A stretch of DNA of 63,672 nt, filler included, from Gonapodya sp. JEL0774 (GCA_027604505.1; 55 parts of 55 records of this genome joined end to end with filler, not necessarily neighbours in it); one strand, 5' to 3'. Positions 24,607-37,232 are shown, numbered from the whole stretch's first letter. Program-made: numbers and translations. Notes: generated from the sequence alone by a model not told the origin.

Positions 24607-25506
24607 TCAGCTCCATTGAGCGCTGAATCTCGGGCAAAACGGAGTGATATTATTGCTCACCTCTTGAACCACTAATGTTGTCGGCACCTCTCCGCTCTCG
24701 GCCTTCTTCATCACCTTATCCACATTCACACCGTGACCATGACTTGCCCTTCTCTCCGCAACAGGTGAGCTTACACCAGAACTGGAGCTCCCAGTGCCCC
24801 CGCTGGCTACGCGAATTGATGGGCCCCGAGCGAGCCTCGTCATGGTCGGCGAGGCGACGGGCGGTTTCGTGGCCGATTGAGCCACAGAAGTGGAGTTCAT
24901 TGCGGTGCGAGAGAGTGTGGGAGATCGGGCGAGGGGGGATCGATGAGAGAGTGGGGACGGGGTTGTAGCATCCGAACTATGAAACACGGGTGGTACCACC
25001 ATGGTCGCAGCGGGTGACGAGGGACTTTCAGTGTGGGTGTCCTTCGTCGCAGTACCAAAGGTCGAGGCAAATGCAGTAATGATCGGAGTTGGCTTGTGGA
25101 TCGCTCGAGGTATTTTCGGCGAGTGACTCGGCACCGCGGAAGGTGTCATTGTGGGAGAACTCTGGCTTCCCGCCACAAACGCCGCGTGCATCGAGCCCAT
25201 GATAGCGCTAACCTCGCTCCCAGCTACCTGTTCTTGCGATGTCTTTGGTGCCTCTTCCTCTTGAGATGCGAGACTCTCCTTGATCTTTGCAAAGAGCGCC
25301 ATGCCTTTGTCTTTTCCACCAGCACTGCCACTCATTGTCGAGCTTCCAGGGGTATTAGTGACCTTTTGTGATTGTGTGTGCAAGTGCACCGGGGCAGGCA
25401 CTTGACTCGTGTTCGGGAGGTGAGGGGAAGGCACATGAATCGTGTTTGTCGGGTTCACCAGTGATTCACGGGAAGAGGCGCCGGATCTCGCGGTGACAGC
25501 AGACAC
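24607..25506 (-). CDS. Hypothetical Ser/Pro/Thr-rich protein (internal)
   Basis: About 300-aa low-complexity ORF. Confidence 0.45.
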   Translation of the reverse strand: MSAVTARSGASSRESLVNPTNTIHVPSPHLPNTSQVPAPVHLHTQSQKVTNTPGSSTMSGSAGGKDKGMALFAKIKESLASQEEEAPKTSQEQVAGSEVSAIMGSMHAAFVAGSQSSPTMTPSAVPSHSPKIPRAIHKPTPIITAFASTFGTATKDTHTESPSSPAATMVVPPVFHSSDATTPSPLSHRSPLARSPTLSRTAMNSTSVAQSATKPPVASPTMTRLARGPSIRVASGGTGSSSSGVSSPVAERRASHGHGVNVDKVMKKAESGEVPTTLVVQEVSNNITPFCPRFSAQWS

Positions 25507-25753
25507 GCCCGTATTGTAACCAAGGCCGGAGGTNNNNNNNNNNNNNNNNNNNNNNNNNNNNNNNNNNNNNNNNNNNNTTAATTAATTAANNNNNNNNNNN
25601 NNNNNNNNNNNNNNNNNNNNNNNNNNNNNNNNNGAGAGAAAGAAAGAAGCATATATTGAAAGACTATGTATGTTTGTATGGGTATTTAGACTCGAACATA
25701 GCATGGATCTTACAGCTATTTTCGATTGAGAGCAGATTAACACAACAAATCAT

Positions 25754-26694
25754 TCATGTCCTCCTCTTTCTTAGCCTCCAATACAATACAGTAAAAATCA
25801 CCACCACGCCCAAACCTATCTCCCGACGGCCTAACCGTTTCCACAGTCTCTGCGGCACACTGATGCCATCGACTCTACTACTGCTGCTGCTGCTCTTCGT
25901 CACCCCACTTAGGGATTCAGCTACACCTACACTCTGATGCTCGTCCTCCGCCGAAGGAGCCACACCCAAAGCCATGTCCGACTCTGCTTGGCTCACTTCG
26001 TGGTGCTCGCTGGGGGCAGCGGCGACGACGTGCTCCAGCATTGCGACGGCCTTGCCCACCTGCCCGTTGGCCCAGTACGCCTGAGCGAGGTTGTGCTGCG
26101 AGATGAGGCGGGACGGGTGGTCCTCGGCCAAAACCCGCTCACGGACGGCGACGACGTGCTCCAGGAGCGTGACGGCCTTGCCCACCTGCCCGTTGTCCTG
26201 GTACGCGGAAGCGAGTGTCATCTGCGAGGTGAGGCGGTCCGGGTGGTCCTCGGCCAAAACCCGCTCACGGACGGCGACGACGTGCTCCAACAACGTGACG
26301 GCCTTGCCCACCTGCCCGTTGGCCTGGTACGCCTGAGCGAGGTTGTGCTGCGAGATGAGGCGGGACGGGTGGTCCTCGGCCAAAACCCGCTCACGGACGG
26401 CGACGACGTGCTCCAGGAGCGTGACGGCCTTGCCCACCTGCCCGTTGTCCTGGTACGCAGAAGCGAGTGTCATCTGCGAGGTGAGGCGGTCCGGGTGGTC
26501 CTCGGCCAAAACCCGCTCACGGACGGCGACGACGTGCTCCAACAACGTGACGGCCTTGCCCACCTGCCCGTTGGCCTGGTACGCAGAAGCGAGGTTGTGC
26601 TGCGAGGCGAGGCGGGACGGGTGGTCCACGGCCAAAACCCGCTCACGGACGGCGACGACGTGCTCCAACAACGTGACGGCCTTGCCCACCTGCC
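25754..26694 (-). CDS. TPR-repeat protein (kinesin-light-chain-like TPR, typical of fungal NB-ARC/TPR NLR C-termini), 3' part
   Basis: Five-plus 42-aa units GQVGKAVTLLEHVVAVRERVLAEDHP.RL.SQ..LA.AY..N, then a hydrophobic C-terminal segment and a basic tail. Confidence 0.85.
26023..26694. repeat. 126-bp coding tandem repeat with 252-bp higher-order periodicity
   Basis: Near-identical units alternate between the HPSRL.SQHN type and the HPDRLTSQMT type. Confidence 0.95.
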
Positions 26695-26794
26695 NNNNNN
26701 NNNNNNNNNNNNNNNNNNNNNNNNNNNNNNNNNNNNNNTTAATTAATTAANNNNNNNNNNNNNNNNNNNNNNNNNNNNNNNNNNNNNNNNNNNN

Positions 26795-27855
26795 TATTTT
26801 GGATTTACGTTCAAATTCAGGCTCCAATCTGTCATTTGATGACATAGGCTGTCCAGGAAGATTGATTGAGTTGTTTCCCTGCACAGATGTGGCTTCAGGA
26901 CTGACAGCAGGCATGAGACCACCTCTAATTGTGTTGCCCACTGAAACCATTCCCTGTTCTGCCAAGGGGGCCCCACCTTGTGAGGCTCCAACATCAATTA
27001 CCACAGGTTGGACAGATGAGGCATCCCCAAGTTCATCCTTAATATGAAGATTCAAATGAGTTGACGGAATGAACTGTTGTTGTCTGTGCATGTCCACGGA
27101 AAGCACATCTTGTGTAACCCCTCTTTGCAGGGAGGTGTCAAAATTTGGAATCTGCAGTTGTGACAACTTGCTATTTACTGAAGGGAGTTCTGTCACAGTG
27201 TAAGATGGAAGATCTGCTTTTAGGCTGCACAATAACAAAAATGAGCACTGGAATTCATCCATTCAGCTGGTGGTGCAACACACCGTTCGAAGAGCAGCCT
27301 CACAAAGACTGCAAGAGTATGCTCCGCTGAGCGACGGAGTATTTCTGGTAATCCAACAGCATACTGTAAACTGTTACACCCAAAAATCTCACATCCACAA
27401 TCTCACTCACCACCAACCCGTCCTTGAAAGCACATTCCAAAAGCTGCTTCAACACACTCACAGGCACCTTTGTCATCAAGGCCCCGCTGCCCAGCTTCAC
27501 TTTGAGCAACTGCACACAGGAGTCTCAGGATTCTCGACAAAACTGCCTCATCTGCAACAGAATCAGTTGCCTCAAATTTGCAGTGTGTGACAGAATGGAC
27601 CAACTGGCGCATAGCACCTGAAATTGATTTATGATGTGGATCTAGGTTCCAAATTCAGATGACCCTCAAAATTGAACGCATTGTGACATTGAGAGAAAAA
27701 CACGCAGATGCAATCCACACCTAGTATTCCATAATAAAGGAATCTCTCAATAGATTCCAGGGCCACTCCCGTTATTGGACCTGTTGTCTCACCAGAGCGG
27801 ATAATTTCAAGAAAAGGATAGAGGAGAACTAAAGGTTCAACATCCATGAGGCCTG
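26795..27855 (-). CDS. GBF1: GBF1/Gea-type ARF guanine-nucleotide exchange factor, N-terminal DCB region
   Basis: PFLEIIRSGETTGPITGVAL.SI..FL, VTHCKFEATD...DEAVL.RIL and EILRRSAE.TL. Confidence 0.93.
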
Positions 27856-27955
27856 NNNNNNNNNNNNNNNNNNNNNNNNNNNNNNNNNNNNNNNNNNNNT
27901 TAATTAATTAANNNNNNNNNNNNNNNNNNNNNNNNNNNNNNNNNNNNNNNNNNNN

Positions 27956-29016
27956 ACATCTGCAGTTCCAAGTGCTCCAAGGAACCCATGCCAAGCGACA
28001 CGAAGCCGAGAGGCAGTCGCTTCCCTCCCGTCATAACTGCGCTAAGGCGCCATTCCCGGCGGTCTGCAGGGGCACTCCAACAATTCGGAACACGAGGAGG
28101 AACCACAACCAGAGGCTGCTTGTTATCGCCATACTTTGCGAGGAAGTTCGCATCAGGGACAATTGGCTCAATGAGAGACTCCTTTTTGCCAGGAATGGCC
28201 GGCTGAAAATGTTCATCCTGTGAGACACAACGGTTGAGGTCAACCATGAATCACGCTGAATACGCTACAAATGTCGTTATATATGCAAGACCTACCAACC
28301 ACTTTGCTTCGTACAATGCTTTCATCGCCTCCCTCGCAGCCCCCCTCCTTGCGGCCCACCTGCTGGCCCAACACTCTCCAGATGAAAAGTGGCGAAGCTC
28401 TGGAGGCAGTAGTGTCGGCAATGTAACGGAGGCCTCGTATAGGTTCGGCACAAGAGTGTGCAATTCGAACTCTGGTCGAGGTGCATAGTGTTTGTCGCTG
28501 GGTAGCTTGCCACAGAACCGGAAAAGTGCGCCTACAACGAGCCCCATCGTCAGCACTGCTGACGTTGTTGTCGACCTGATCACTAGTGCCGCATCCGCCT
28601 CGGCATCGGGATCACCGTCCTCAAACCCGTCACTTGTCACTGATCCTACGCCTGATGCAGCCGTCACCGCAGCCCGAAGGTGCTCCGCCTCAGCAAGGCA
28701 CTTGGTCACAGTTCGTGCGTGTGCAGATTCACCTGAGTTGACCATGAAGTAGAAGGTGGAATCATGCTGACGAGCACGACCTCGAGATTGGATGAAGGAT
28801 ATCGTTGTCCGGGGAAGGTCGAATCTAGGGGTTAGAGGATTCACGTTCGCATAGTCAGTCAATGTGCACGCCAAGCATTGATTTGCAACGGCAGGTTTAC
28901 TGACCGAATAACGAGATGACAGGGTTGAACGTCCAGGCCTTCCTCGGCCACCTGGGTGGCAACCATTAGGTTAAGACGACCCTGTTTAACGATACAACCA
29001 ATTTTTTACGGAATCT
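27956..29016 (-). CDS. Dicer-like protein: helicase C-terminal domain plus Dicer dimerisation (DUF283) domain
   Basis: NLMVATQVAEEGLDVQPC.LVIR-FDLP.T..SFIQSRGRAR, then L.RFC.KLPSD....P.F and AA.EAM..LY....LDEH.QP. Confidence 0.9.
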
Positions 29017-30277
29017 NNNNNNNNNNNNNNNNNNNNNNNNNNNNNNNNNNNNNNNNNNNNTTAATTAATTAANNNNNNNNNNNNNNNNNNNNNNNNNNNN
29101 NNNNNNNNNNNNNNNNGAAGCAGCACGGCGCGGGAGAGGGTACTACGGAAAGGAAAGGAAAGGAACAGTGAAGAGGAAGGAAGGCGAGACAGGAAACACG
29201 AAGCGGGCCGGGTGCGGGAAGGGGGCAGGGGCTGAGGGCGCGGATTGTGGGGGTTCGTGATTCCAGGTTCGAGAGTTGTGGTTCAGGTTTTCGTTGCTTT
29301 TTGTGGGTTTCCATTTTGTTCGGTTGTCGGATGCCCGACCATCGTGGGTTTTTGGTGGTCACCCTTGTGTGTCCAATTATCACGTCGTGCTTCTTTCGTT
29401 CATTTTTTCTCCCTCTCTTTCATTCTTTCATTCTTTTTTGTTGTTCGTCGTCGTGGGTGTGCCTCTTTGCCACGCCGGGGCCGATTGGAGTACGATGGCG
29501 AGTGAATCCCTTCCCACACTCCCACACTCAGCCTCGACCAGTCGCAACCGCACACCCGCACAACAAACACCAGCGCAGCCGCCCGGTGTGAAAAGCAGAG
29601 TCCACTCCACTCCACTCCACGCGTGTGAGCACGAGGCCGGGTCGCCCACGTCGCTACGTTGCTACGTCACGTGTTCGGGTGTGTGTGGTCCACACCCACC
29701 ACCACCACACCAGCCACACCAAAACTCCCACCCCGATCGCGACCACGACCCGGCAACACAAGACGCGTCTCGTGGCCCGTCCCACCCAATCAGCCGGTAC
29801 GTCCTTACGTTGGTAGGTCGATAAGTTGGTACGTCGGTAAGGTGCGAGAAGAGGGGGGGTTGGGGGCGGCGGCGATGATGTGGGGCATGGCGGTGTCAGG
29901 GGGTCACGGCGGTGTCAGACAGTGGTGACAGAGAGGCGGGCTGCAGTGGTGTGCGAGGTCCTGAGTCGCGAGCCTGGATGTTCCACCCCACATAATCCAC
30001 CACTCCCGACTCCAGCGCACGATCGACCCACGGGTTAGACGTGGACGTGGACGGGGAGGGAAAAAAGTGGGATCAAACAAGTCCGGCCTCCCGGTCGGCG
30101 GTGGGGCGGGAGAGGCGGGAGGCGGGAGGGAGGGAGAGGCGTGAGGTGGGAGGGAGGGAGGGAGGGTTGGTTGGGATNNNNNNNNNNNNNNNNNNNNNNN
30201 NNNNNNNNNNNNNNNNNNNNNTTAATTAATTAANNNNNNNNNNNNNNNNNNNNNNNNNNNNNNNNNNNNNNNNNNNN

Positions 30278-30638
30278 TTTTGGTATTGGGAGGTCTCGAG
30301 ACGTGGACAAATTCTCATCCGCTGGTGCGCCACCTTTCTCTACCAGTCCAACCTTCAAACTCCCATTTCTCAGGACCTGCGCTGCCTGGTTTGAGTGCAA
30401 GCCTGTTCACGTCATGAATCTCGCTCACGGTAACGCAAATTCTGACCGTCGTCTTGTAATTGCTGAGGTAGTCGCTCAAGGGTTTGGGGAAGGCTGTCAC
30501 AAGGGACCATTGGAGATCGGCAGGGCGTTTGCAATGTTGAGTGACGCAGATCGAGCGGTATTAGGAGACCTCTACACAAGAGATGTGAAAAGGGATACCG
30601 AAACAGCCTTAGCTCCTGTTCCATGTAGTAAACTGTAG
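30278..30638 (+). CDS. Flavin reductase-like FMN-binding protein, 3' part
   Basis: R.VDKF...G......P.L....AWFEC.......D..LVIAEV pattern. Confidence 0.55.
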
Positions 30639-31437
30639 GCAATGTGAAAGGAGGACAACCCCGTTAGCCTCTCGAACCAAAGATCGCACAATAATACCTA
30701 TGAGAATAATCCATAAGGCAAATTTCCACGGGCTAGCGCGTTGTGCTCGTATCCTTTTGTTCGCCAGGTTCCGCTGGCATCGTTATGATAATCATCCATG
30801 AAGGAATGAATCCACGCCGAAGATCAATAAAGCGACCATCGTGCTCAAACCAGTAACGGCAATCAATGAATGAATCAATCGCTGAGTTGGAGCTCACGCA
30901 TGAAACTCGTCTCAGCAGGTCCAAGTTCACTATTTGTGAGCGGGCACGGGGGTCGATGGATCAAAGTCCGAGCTACGTGCACCAAATTCGATGCATTCAC
31001 AAGAACGCACAGCACCGCATAACAGTCAGTGATCCAGTAGGACAAGTTGTCGCAGTACATATTGGAGTAAAATTCACAGTGCTATCGCGAGCGGCTAGCA
31101 GTAGTACTTCAAATACTCTCCATTCTTTCCACACCCACGTGCATGACAATTCGAATGTCTGTACAGATTCTCAAATCCAGAAGCTAGTGAAACTAGTGAA
31201 TTCCACATGCGTAGTATCAGTGGTACGTCGGTCAGGGGCTGGGTCACGACATCGGGTGGTTCATGGGAAGTTCATGGGAAGTCATCGGAAGTGGAGTTTA
31301 GTCGATCAAGTGGCCACCACATATATTGGGAGACACTNNNNNNNNNNNNNNNNNNNNNNNNNNNNNNNNNNNNNNNNNNNNTTAATTAATTAANNNNNNN
31401 NNNNNNNNNNNNNNNNNNNNNNNNNNNNNNNNNNNNN

Positions 31438-32497
31438 GACGCTCTTGTTGTTGGTGCCGGAGGTGCCGGTCTCCGCGCTACCATGGGTCTCGCCGAAGCC
31501 GGCCTGAACACTGCCTGTATTACCAAGCTCTTCCCCACTCGTTCACACACCGTCGCCGCTCAGGGAGGTATCAATGCGGCCCTTGGAAACATGACCGAGG
31601 ATGATTGGCGATGGCACATGTACGACACCGTGAAAGGGTCCGATTGGCTCGGCGACCAGGACGCTATTCACTATATGTGTCGCGAGGCCCCCAACTCCGT
31701 CATTGAACTGGAAAACTACGGTGTACCTTTCTCCCGTACTGAAGAGGGCAAGGTGTACCAGAGAGCTTTCGGTGGTCAGAGTCTCAAATTCGGCAAGGGT
31801 GGACAGGCGTACCGTTGCGCGGCTGCCGCCGATCGAACAGGCCACGCACTGCTCCACACGCTGTACGGACAATCGCTGAGGTACAACGCCACTTACTTTG
31901 TGGAGTACTTTGCTTTGGACTTGATCATGGATGCCAACGGTCAGTCGATCCGTTTTGCCGAGTGGGCGTTTCCGTAAATCTCATAGATGTTTGATATTTA
32001 TGGCAGGTGCTTGTGTCGGTGTCCTCGCCATCTGCATGGAAGATGGAACCCTCCACCGCTTCCGCGCTCACAAAACCGTCCTCGCCACTGGAGGCTACGG
32101 ACGAGCCTACTTCTCCTGCACCTCCGCCCACACCTGCTCGGGCGACGGCAACGCGATGGTTGCCCGCGCTGGTCTACCTCTCCAAGACATGGAGTTTGTG
32201 CAGTTCCACCCGACCGGTATCTACGGGTCTGGTTGTCTCATCACCGAGGGATCCCGTGGTGAGGGAGGCTACCTCCTCAACTCCAACGGAGAACGTTTCA
32301 TGGAGCGTTATGCACCCACTGCCAAGGATCTGGCTTCTCGTGATGTCGTGTCTCGATCCATGACCATCGAAATCAGGGAGGGCCGAGGTGTCGGGCCAGA
32401 GAAGGACCACATCTACCTTCAGCTGAGCCACTTGCCCCCTGAGGTTCTTCACGAGCGTCTTCCGGGTATCTCCGAGACTGCCGCAATCTTCGCTGGT
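31438..32497 (+). CDS. SDH1: Succinate dehydrogenase flavoprotein subunit (internal)
   Basis: [36 protein letters not shown] and QFHPTG; intron about 31940-32006. Confidence 0.99.
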
Positions 32498-32597
32498 NNN
32501 NNNNNNNNNNNNNNNNNNNNNNNNNNNNNNNNNNNNNNNNNTTAATTAATTAANNNNNNNNNNNNNNNNNNNNNNNNNNNNNNNNNNNNNNNNNNNN

Positions 32598-33315
32598 TGT
32601 GTGTCTCTCGCGCGCGGCCATCACAAGCGCCACCGAGAGAATACTCGCCTGGGGATCCCGACTTTTACCTCCGGCATTCCAAACACAGATCCTTCAGTTG
32701 CAATTCGAAAATCACATGCAGCAGCAAGCTGCAGTGAGCATTGCAGAAATTTGCATGTGAGGTTCAGCTTCATTGATTCACCGGAAATCTGAGGCTCACT
32801 TCAAGACCCGCTCCCAGAGTGAAACCCTGGATCCGCGCTATTACCTGAAAAATGCGAAGAGATTCATGAGTCTTTCGAAATGCATTCCTCACCCACTGAC
32901 GTATTGATACAGGACCCTTTTGAAGCCACTACAGCCCACTCACCGGCACTGGACATGCTCTCACAGCCTCGCAGGCGCCATGAACTCTCCTGATAAAGTC
33001 CCTCCCCTGCCATGGCTCCTTGATTTGTGCCATCTCCTTGATATCTGCCCCTCCAACCCACGCTTTGTCACCTTCCGCGGCAAGCACGACGCATCGAAGA
33101 AGAGGATCCCGGGACAGCTCATCAAAGACTGATACAAACTTGGTGAGGATGGGGGTGTTGAGTGTGTTGAGCGCACGGGCGTTGTTGATAGTGATGGTTG
33201 CTCTGTAGAAGCGTTTCATCTGACAAGAGTGAAACCGAGGAATCCACACCGAAACACTCATTGAGACTCACACGCGCCCTTCGCTCTTTTCATCGATCTT
33301 TACTTGGACAGACAT
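32598..33315 (-). CDS. Enoyl-CoA hydratase/isomerase (crotonase), 5' part
   Basis: KAWVGGADIKEM, PVP-VIARIQG..GAGLE-LAAACDFRIA...FGMPEVKVGIP; multi-exon. Confidence 0.9.
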
Positions 33316-35099
33316 CGCCCGGCTGCTTTGGATTAGCGCTTGTCGGGACGATGGGACGATTCGGCTAGAAAAGCTTCCGACACAGGTAACTCGATGTATT
33401 GCTTGGCAATTCGGGACCTTCAAGCGATATTGGAGAGATGCAATATTCTGAAATGTTGACATGGGACAGGCTGCGTGGGGATATCGCATAATAGTCCTTG
33501 TAGATTGACCGTGGACTCGTACTTCGAACATTTGCATTTATTCCACAATGGTCGATAATCAGCAGTTTATGCAATGTAGTTCTACCAATTTTCATATGCT
33601 TTGTTTGCGTAGCTGATTTTTGGGAAGAGGTGACGTAAGTGCAACATACACGCGAACNNNNNNNNNNNNNNNNNNNNNNNNNNNNNNNNNNNNNNNNNNN
33701 NTTAATTAATTAANNNNNNNNNNNNNNNNNNNNNNNNNNNNNNNNNNNNNNNNNNNNACAGCTACATGTATCTACTTATATTACCGTGCACCTTAATTCC
33801 AGCATGAGGAGCATCCAACATGCTCAACTCGTGTCAGCTCAACCTGGGGTCACTGTTGAGTACCCAATCAGGGGGACAGTCCTCTCTCGCATGTAAGCGA
33901 TCCATAGACCACCATTCAGACACAGTTTTGGTCTTCTTGATCTCATGCAATCATACCAACAGGTGCACCCGCTATCGTCCTTGTATCACTGTGGGGGGGG
34001 GGGCGCGGCGGGCGGGCGCGCCGCGCGCGCCCCGCGGCCCGGGGGGGGGCCCGCCCCCGGGCGGGGGCGGCGCGACCCCAGACCGGACCACCCCCCGCNN
34101 NNNNNNNNACCCATCCAACGACCACCCTTCAAACCCCGGTTTGGTGGTATTGATCACAACCAATCAAACCAACCGGTGCCCCCGCTACCCTCCTTGTAAA
34201 CCTTGCCCCCCCCCCCCCCCCCCAGCCCAGTCCACAACGTTCTGAACGTAGCACGCATACCGCCGTTTCGAATCGTCAAATCACCCATCCTACCGCCTCA
34301 GCCACGGTACGACGCGCAGGAGTCCTGTTACGGTGTTGGACCATCGAGTTGTGAGGGCAAGGGGGAGGTTGGGATAGGGGAAGGAGGAGGTTGGTGTGGT
34401 AGGTGCGAGAGAGGTAGATGGATATGCGCTGGAGGGATAAAGATAAACAGGAGAGGAAGACACGTGAGGGGAAGAGGGACAATAAATAGAAGAGAGAATA
34501 TAGAGGAACGGGGAGATAGTGTGCCATAGTGGATAGGGGAGAATGGTGGGTCGGCCATGAAGCACCCAACAATGTCTTCCCGTCGGGAACAACGCAGATT
34601 GATTACGAGCTCCGAGAGACATACGTCGCAGTGCAGAAGCAAACTCATACCGACGGAGTGGGCACAACTCATTGGCCCAACGGATATTCGTCCAAAATAA
34701 GATGGTATCTCGAAAATTCCTTGGGCTCCTAAGGCCACCAAGTTTGCGACTTCCCTATGTCCCACTTCAGTCGTTCTCCTTAGTTTGTTCAGTGCCCAGC
34801 TTGTATCTTCAACGTTNNNNNNNNNNNNNNNNNNNNNNNNNNNNNNNNNNNNNNNNNNNNTTAATTAATTAANNNNNNNNNNNNNNNNNNNNNNNNNNNN
34901 NNNNNNNNNNNNNNNNCTGTGGTGATAATGACGGATCGCTAAGGTAAACAAAACCATTCCTACAAATGACGAATCTGTATTTGGAACATGACATACCTCC
35001 AATATGGTTTTCCATAAGGACTTTCGTTGTTTCTGGAAAGAGAATTGGCTGTCCTCCATTCGCAAGTGCCGTTACTACAAGGGGTGGACGCTTGCATTA

Positions 35100-35974
35100 G
35101 CACGTGTCATCGATGAAGGTCGATGGTCGAGATGACGACGCGGGAAACCCACTGAACTTCAAGTAATCAGCGCTAGTAGTAGCAATACAAACGAAGAAAC
35201 GATCTCAATTTTTACGATGATCTGTGTATTCGTTGCTGTATGATGACCGTAGCTTGATAAACTCACCAAGTTCCAAACAATCCGGATCCGCCAGGCGATA
35301 CTTCATGCTGCTCAGCGCTGAGGAAAAGCCATCACTTTTGATTTGATTTCAGACTCAATCCATTCCAACCTTTACAACAACTCACGGCGCGATAAGCTCT
35401 GGCAAAAAAGTAGGGATGAGGGTTCCATCGTCGAGCCTCTGAGCGATTTTAAGCCGGCGCTTGTTATCCTCCTCTGAGATGAAGAAAGATGTTTGAGTCA
35501 TGCCAAGGGGCTTGAAGATGTTTTCCTGTCAAGATCGGCATCAAGGTGATTGATTATGCGCTCGATAACAATCATTTTGAAATCACGACAATTACCTGCA
35601 TGAAGTCCTCCAACTGGAGAATTTGTTCAGAGTAGATAAGTGGAGGTGTTATGATGTCGATAAGCTCGGTAACCCGAACTACAGGTCTACCTGCCTTTTG
35701 CCCTGATATTATTTCAACAATCCATCCCAGTACATCTATGTTGACGCCGTACTCCCAACTATCACCGGGGTTGAAAGATAGAACGTGGGAAAGGTATCCT
35801 TCCTTGGTCGTGTCCCCTGTCAACGAGTGCCGTTCGCTCTAAATGTGGTTGCTCAGGACATCTTCGTTGAAACCAACCTCCAGGTTTGCCCGTAATGGTC
35901 AAATACTTCTTATGATTTGGGTTCCAGAATACATAAGACAGTCCAGCGGTGTGGGTGGCGAGGTGCCTGATGGT
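35100..35974 (-). CDS. Beta-lactamase-family serine hydrolase (LovD/esterase-like), internal
   Basis: TIRHLATHTAGLSY, F.PG..WEYGVNIDVLG.IVE.ISGQ and ENIF.PLGM..T.F. Confidence 0.85.
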
Positions 35975-36074
35975 NNNNNNNNNNNNNNNNNNNNNNNNNN
36001 NNNNNNNNNNNNNNNNNNTTAATTAATTAANNNNNNNNNNNNNNNNNNNNNNNNNNNNNNNNNNNNNNNNNNNN

Positions 36075-36779
36075 CGTGCAAGAACTTCTTCAACCTGAAC
36101 GCATCTACCCCGTTCAAATAATACCTCGCGAGGCGCTTGTCCCTTATGAACCCCAACTGTTCATATAGAGAACAAGCGGGGCGGTTCGTGACCTCGGTTT
36201 CCAACACCACCTGAACAGGGCGGGGAAACAATGAGGGTAAAGAGTGCGAGACCAGAGACAAAACAAGGACATCGCTACCTCATCAGCAGATTCCGATTTC
36301 ATTGCATTTACGGTCATTTTAACGAGCGTGGAGCCTGGATAGACGAACATCAGGTTCTGCTGTGAAGTTCACCTGCATGACAGTGAAAGCAACCGCACCA
36401 ATTTTCCTCCCTCGGTACTTGTCTGATACAACAAGCATGGCGATGTATCCCCTCATCACGCCTCTGTGCGGTTCCAGCCGGTTGATGACGCAGCCGATGA
36501 TCGCTTCTCCATCAAGAGCCTACGTGCAACTGGATCCAGTTTCGAATTTCCACCACGCAATATAGACAGAACGTGCATACACACGAGAAAGCAGAGATGC
36601 GGCCACTGGTGGAGAAAATAGCGATATGTGTAGACAGAATACGGTTCTGAAAGTGCTTCGGCGATGAGAGCCGCCATTGGTGGGAGGTCACGCTCAGAAG
36701 AAAATGGACGATAAGTTATTGTCGCATCGTTGAGGGAGAGGGTGCCAAGCGGAGGTAAATCTTCAGTCATTTTGTACAT
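36075..36779 (-). CDS. NAA30: NatC catalytic N-acetyltransferase NAA30/Mak3
   Basis: [25 protein letters not shown]...RG..IG..LV and VVLETE..N.....[22 protein letters not shown]. Confidence 0.96.
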
Positions 36780-36855
36780 AAACAGTGATTGTCCATGTTG
36801 CGAGAGGCACGTACTGTGGGGTCCATGTGCACAAACTAATCATCGATTGATTTGA

Positions 36856-37078
36856 ATGAATCAAGCCGCATCCACCCTCTCGTACTCGCCCAGTCTATGG
36901 AACTACTCTCTTTCTCCAGGCTGGACTCGTCAGCAAGTTCTGGTGTTTCGGAACGCACTCATGAAATACGGGATCGCTAACTGGGCAGCCATCATCCAAT
37001 CGGGCTGCCTTCCAGGAAAAACTAACGCGCAGATGAACCTGCAGCTGCAGCGGATGCTGGGACAGCAAAGCATTGCGG
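36856..37078 (+). CDS. p1 (Myb/HTH) subunit of the MTA1/AMT1 N6-adenine DNA methyltransferase complex, first exon
   Basis: SLWNYSLSPGWT......ALMKYGI..W..I..SGCLPGKTNAQM.LQ.QR.LGQQS matches my recollection of the ciliate p1 N-terminal domain. Confidence 0.82.
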
Positions 37079-37232
37079 GTGAATCGTCCGTCCACGTTCT
37101 GATTGTGGGAGATGAGTGTCCAACCTCCCAGANNNNNNNNNNNNNNNNNNNNNNNNNNNNNNNNNNNNNNNNNNNNTTAATTAATTAANNNNNNNNNNNN
37201 NNNNNNNNNNNNNNNNNNNNNNNNNNNNNNNN

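Noticed and set aside
25937..26750. Plus-strand repetitive ORFs over the TPR array
   Set aside because: Antisense frames kept open by the GC-rich coding repeats.
29117..30177. GC-rich contig with short simple repeats (CCACT, GGGAGG) and ORFs
   Set aside because: Low-complexity, probably intergenic or UTR; no supportable gene or element.
33630..33642. TGACGT (CRE-like) motifs upstream of several genes
   Set aside because: A 6-mer is expected by chance many times in 63 kb, and enrichment cannot be shown here.
33900..34230. Degenerate direct duplication with GC-rich runs around an internal 10-N gap
   Set aside because: It looks like low-quality read tails after a G/C homopolymer on either side of a scaffold gap, so I treat it as an assembly artefact.
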